A program made the position numbers and the translations under genes. The notes below the pieces were generated by a model. It was given only the letters and a program-made list of their open reading frames with translations, was not told where the DNA came from and searched no databases. A stretch of DNA of 64,000 nucleotides from Basidiobolus meristosporus CBS 931.73. Taxonomy: Eukaryota > Fungi > Basidiobolomycota. The stretch is taken from NCBI GenBank assembly GCA_002104905.1, contig MCFE01000009.1, forward strand, positions 1 through 64,000. Reading direction: 5' to 3'. Of this stretch, positions 61,283-64,000 are shown piece by piece. The first letter of the stretch is position 1. Every line of letters starts with the position of its first letter.

Positions 61283-63860
61283 ATGGACAAGACTACTTTG
61301 ACTCAACATTGTAAAAGAAGAGAAAAAAGACCATGTGGCTATTGTCACAAGCCTCTCAGCCATAATGCATGCAGAGAGCATAGGAAGTATTACAAGGATC
61401 ATGGCCAGTGCTTTGCCACCCAAGTCATATTTGACCATTCATTGGTCACTATTGAACCAACATTATCTTGCCGGCCAGTTAATACTTCTATATTGGCACC
61501 TGGCCATCATTGTCACCTTGTGCAAATTGAGTCAGGTGAGTTTGTGATGCCTTTAGGCTCACCTCAGCCTTCTGAATATGGCACGCAGAGTGATAGCTCT
61601 GACAAAGAAGGTTCACTGATGGATTTTTGAGCCTATCTCCCCTAACAACAGTACCATGTATGAGCCCGGTTAAATCCCTATATGCAATGAGACAAAAGCC
61701 GTTGAAACAAATGGCTAGGATATTTTATGGAGCCAAGTGAGCCCAGTAATCCATTTACTGGTGAATGATGTAATGTTGTGGCTAGAAACGTGGTGTGTTT
61801 CCACTGGTATCAGTAATGGGGGCTTTGAGGATTTATTACTACTTCTTGCCAAAATCATACCAGGATGCAACTTACCATATACATGGTACAAGTGGACAAC
61901 CATCAAGCAGCTGGCTACATATGATCCAGAGACTGTCCTGATTGCAGCATGTGTTAACAGTTGCATGGCATTCACATCCAAAAATGGTACCATTGCAACA
62001 TGCCCAAATTGTCAGGAATCCACCACCATTGAGGGAAAACATTGTTCACACTATGGATATATTCCGGTCATACCCTATCTGAGGAAGCTGATGCAGTCCA
62101 ACAAATATTGGAAAGCTGTACAGTACTGCACTCAGTATCAAGCAAGTGCAAACATATCCAATATATTTGATGGCAAACATTACAAACAGCTAAGAAGCAA
62201 GGGCTACTTTGTAGGTATGTATGAGCTTGTCTTTGCTTTAGTACTTGATGGATTCTCATTAAACAAGTACTCTACCAGCAAATCCTGCAGGCCACTGATT
62301 CTTATCTATCTGAATCTGCCGCCCGTCTTACGGTATCAGAGCAATAATCTGATGGTAGTCTCACTGGTATCTGGGCCTAAATCACTGTCCAACCTGGATA
62401 GCTATCTGTATCCATTGCTGGATGAATTTTGAATGCTTTCCAGCAGGATATTGGTAAATGGCAATCATGTAGAAGCGCATATTATTATCTGCATTAGAGA
62501 TACCCCAGCCATCAGCAAGATAGCAGGTTTTTCTGGGCACAATGGATGGTATTGCTGTCAAATGTGTGAGATCCAGGGTATTTACTCCATAACTCACACA
62601 CATTATTATTACCCAGACACCAACACTTAAAACATCATCTTTCCACAGGGAGAACATACAGAAGTAAGCAATCAATTACAGCAAAGTTGGCAAGCTATAA
62701 GTCATTGGCTGGAATATGGAATCAATTGAAAACCAGAGATACTTAACATAGAGGGTATCTGTTGGAGCAAAAGCTTTTGACTGGGAGAAATGCATTTGCT
62801 TTTCACCAATATCCCAATACTGATGACCAAGTTGTACATGTGGCATTTCAAGTAAAATGAGCCCTTTGAGATACAGGAAAAATTTGAAACATATTGGCAA
62901 GATGTTACAGAGTATCCGCAACCTTAAGTACTTCTCACAGGCTCCAATCAGCATTCATATGCATATGCAACAATGCAAATGCAAAGACTGGATGAACTGG
63001 ATATGTATTTATTCAAGTGGTGTTCTGAAGCCATTCCTACCAAGAGTACATTGGAAGCATTGGGAGTCATATGTGAAGATTGTAGGAATATTTATCCAGA
63101 AGCGGATCACCAATGCCAATTTGACATATTTACAGCTGTTGTGTGAGGAGTTTGTGACAGGATTTGAGCAGTTATACTACAAACATAAAGCTGAATGTGT
63201 AGATCTCTGCCACTACTGTATCCATTCTCTACTCCATCTTGCACAGTGTGTGGAGAGTATTGGGCCTTGCTTCACCTTTTGGGAGTTTCCTATGGAGCAG
63301 ATGTGTGGGGAGATAGGAAGACAAGTCAAGTTGCAGGTACTACCATATCCCAATTCCATCAAGAATATTACCTTCAATTCTGTCATGGATGTGATGAGTT
63401 GGCACATGGAGTACAGCCTGAAAGAGTTGGAAAATACTGAAGACAAATGTGCATGTGGAGAGACCTATGCCTATAGCATTAAGAAGCTAAGCAGCCCCAA
63501 TGCGTGGGTAATCAGTTAAGTAATGCAAAGTTGGGTTGGGTGCAACAAGCCGCTAATTTTTATCAGGAAAACTCCACCAAGATATGCTGGATTTCTTGTG
63601 GTCACAAGCCAACTTCTACACCATTCAATACAGAATTCACACAAACAAAAGCCAGAGCACACCTATAAGGGGGACTAGAAGCCAGCAGGGAGAAGAAATA
63701 TATTGGCTAAATACCACAAAGTTCTTTGTCAATATTCTGGAGGTATTCATGGCAGAAGTGGCAACAACCAAGCATATGTTTGCAAGGTGTATATGCTACC
63801 TGCAGTACAAGGTATATGACAACTTTGCAAGTATCACACTGAAAGCCACAAAGTTGAGGT
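61283..63860 (+). pseudogene. CACTA/EnSpm transposase (Transposase_21/Tnp2 + DUF4218-like), copy X
   Basis: N-terminal CxxC..H (CGYCHK), ACVNSC...CPNC, IFDGKHY, LVLDGF, LNLPPVLR, LDSYLYPLLDEF, DTPA..KIAG..GHNG..CQMC, KCKDW, HSLLHL..GPCFTFWEFPMEQMCG. Several stops. The element runs past the window end. Confidence 0.9.
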
Positions 63861-64000
63861 AATAGAAGTATGTCAATTGAGGCAGGTGTGCACGTTTGTA
63901 GAGGTTAGTAAGCAGGGGGCCATAGTCTTTTTTGATTCAAACTATATGTGGAATACCCAAGGTAGCAGTGGGTAAGCAAATAAAGAGGGGTGATTCTACA

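Overview
Eukaryotic DNA from a fungus. Short ~55-90 bp introns, U12-type introns, CENP-I and TTAGGG repeats point to an early-diverging lineage; Basidiobolus-like is my inference and is not verified. The window has three zones. (1) 1-13 kb, accessory zone: decayed SDR pseudogene, Hsp31 glyoxalase, U6 snRNA, an uncharacterised vWA protein, a CPA2 cation/H+ antiporter and an MFS permease, interspersed with old copia LTRs. (2) 13.4-40.1 kb, ten consecutive housekeeping genes: symplekin/Pta1, RPC82, PIN4-like RRM/R3H, TEX1/THOC3, ERB1/BOP1, RPB7, RRP6, a divergent importin-alpha (IMPA9/TMCO6-like), ubiquitin-RPS31 and CENP-I. (3) 40.3-64 kb, a CpG-depleted nest of transposons: CACTA elements with head-to-head transposase/ORF2, two Ty1/copia elements with half-tRNA-iMet primer sites, solo LTRs and an unclassified 1.2-kb insertion. 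Highlights: the symplekin gene carries an AT-AC U12 intron, a GT-AG U12 intron and a GC-AG intron, each needed to restore the reading frame. U6 has an extra 3' UUCG hairpin. TTAGGG arrays sit in three promoters in the same orientation relative to the gene. One copia LTR is chimeric and carries a junction copied from another insertion. Exon boundaries were read by eye, so multi-exon genes are given as ATG-to-stop spans.
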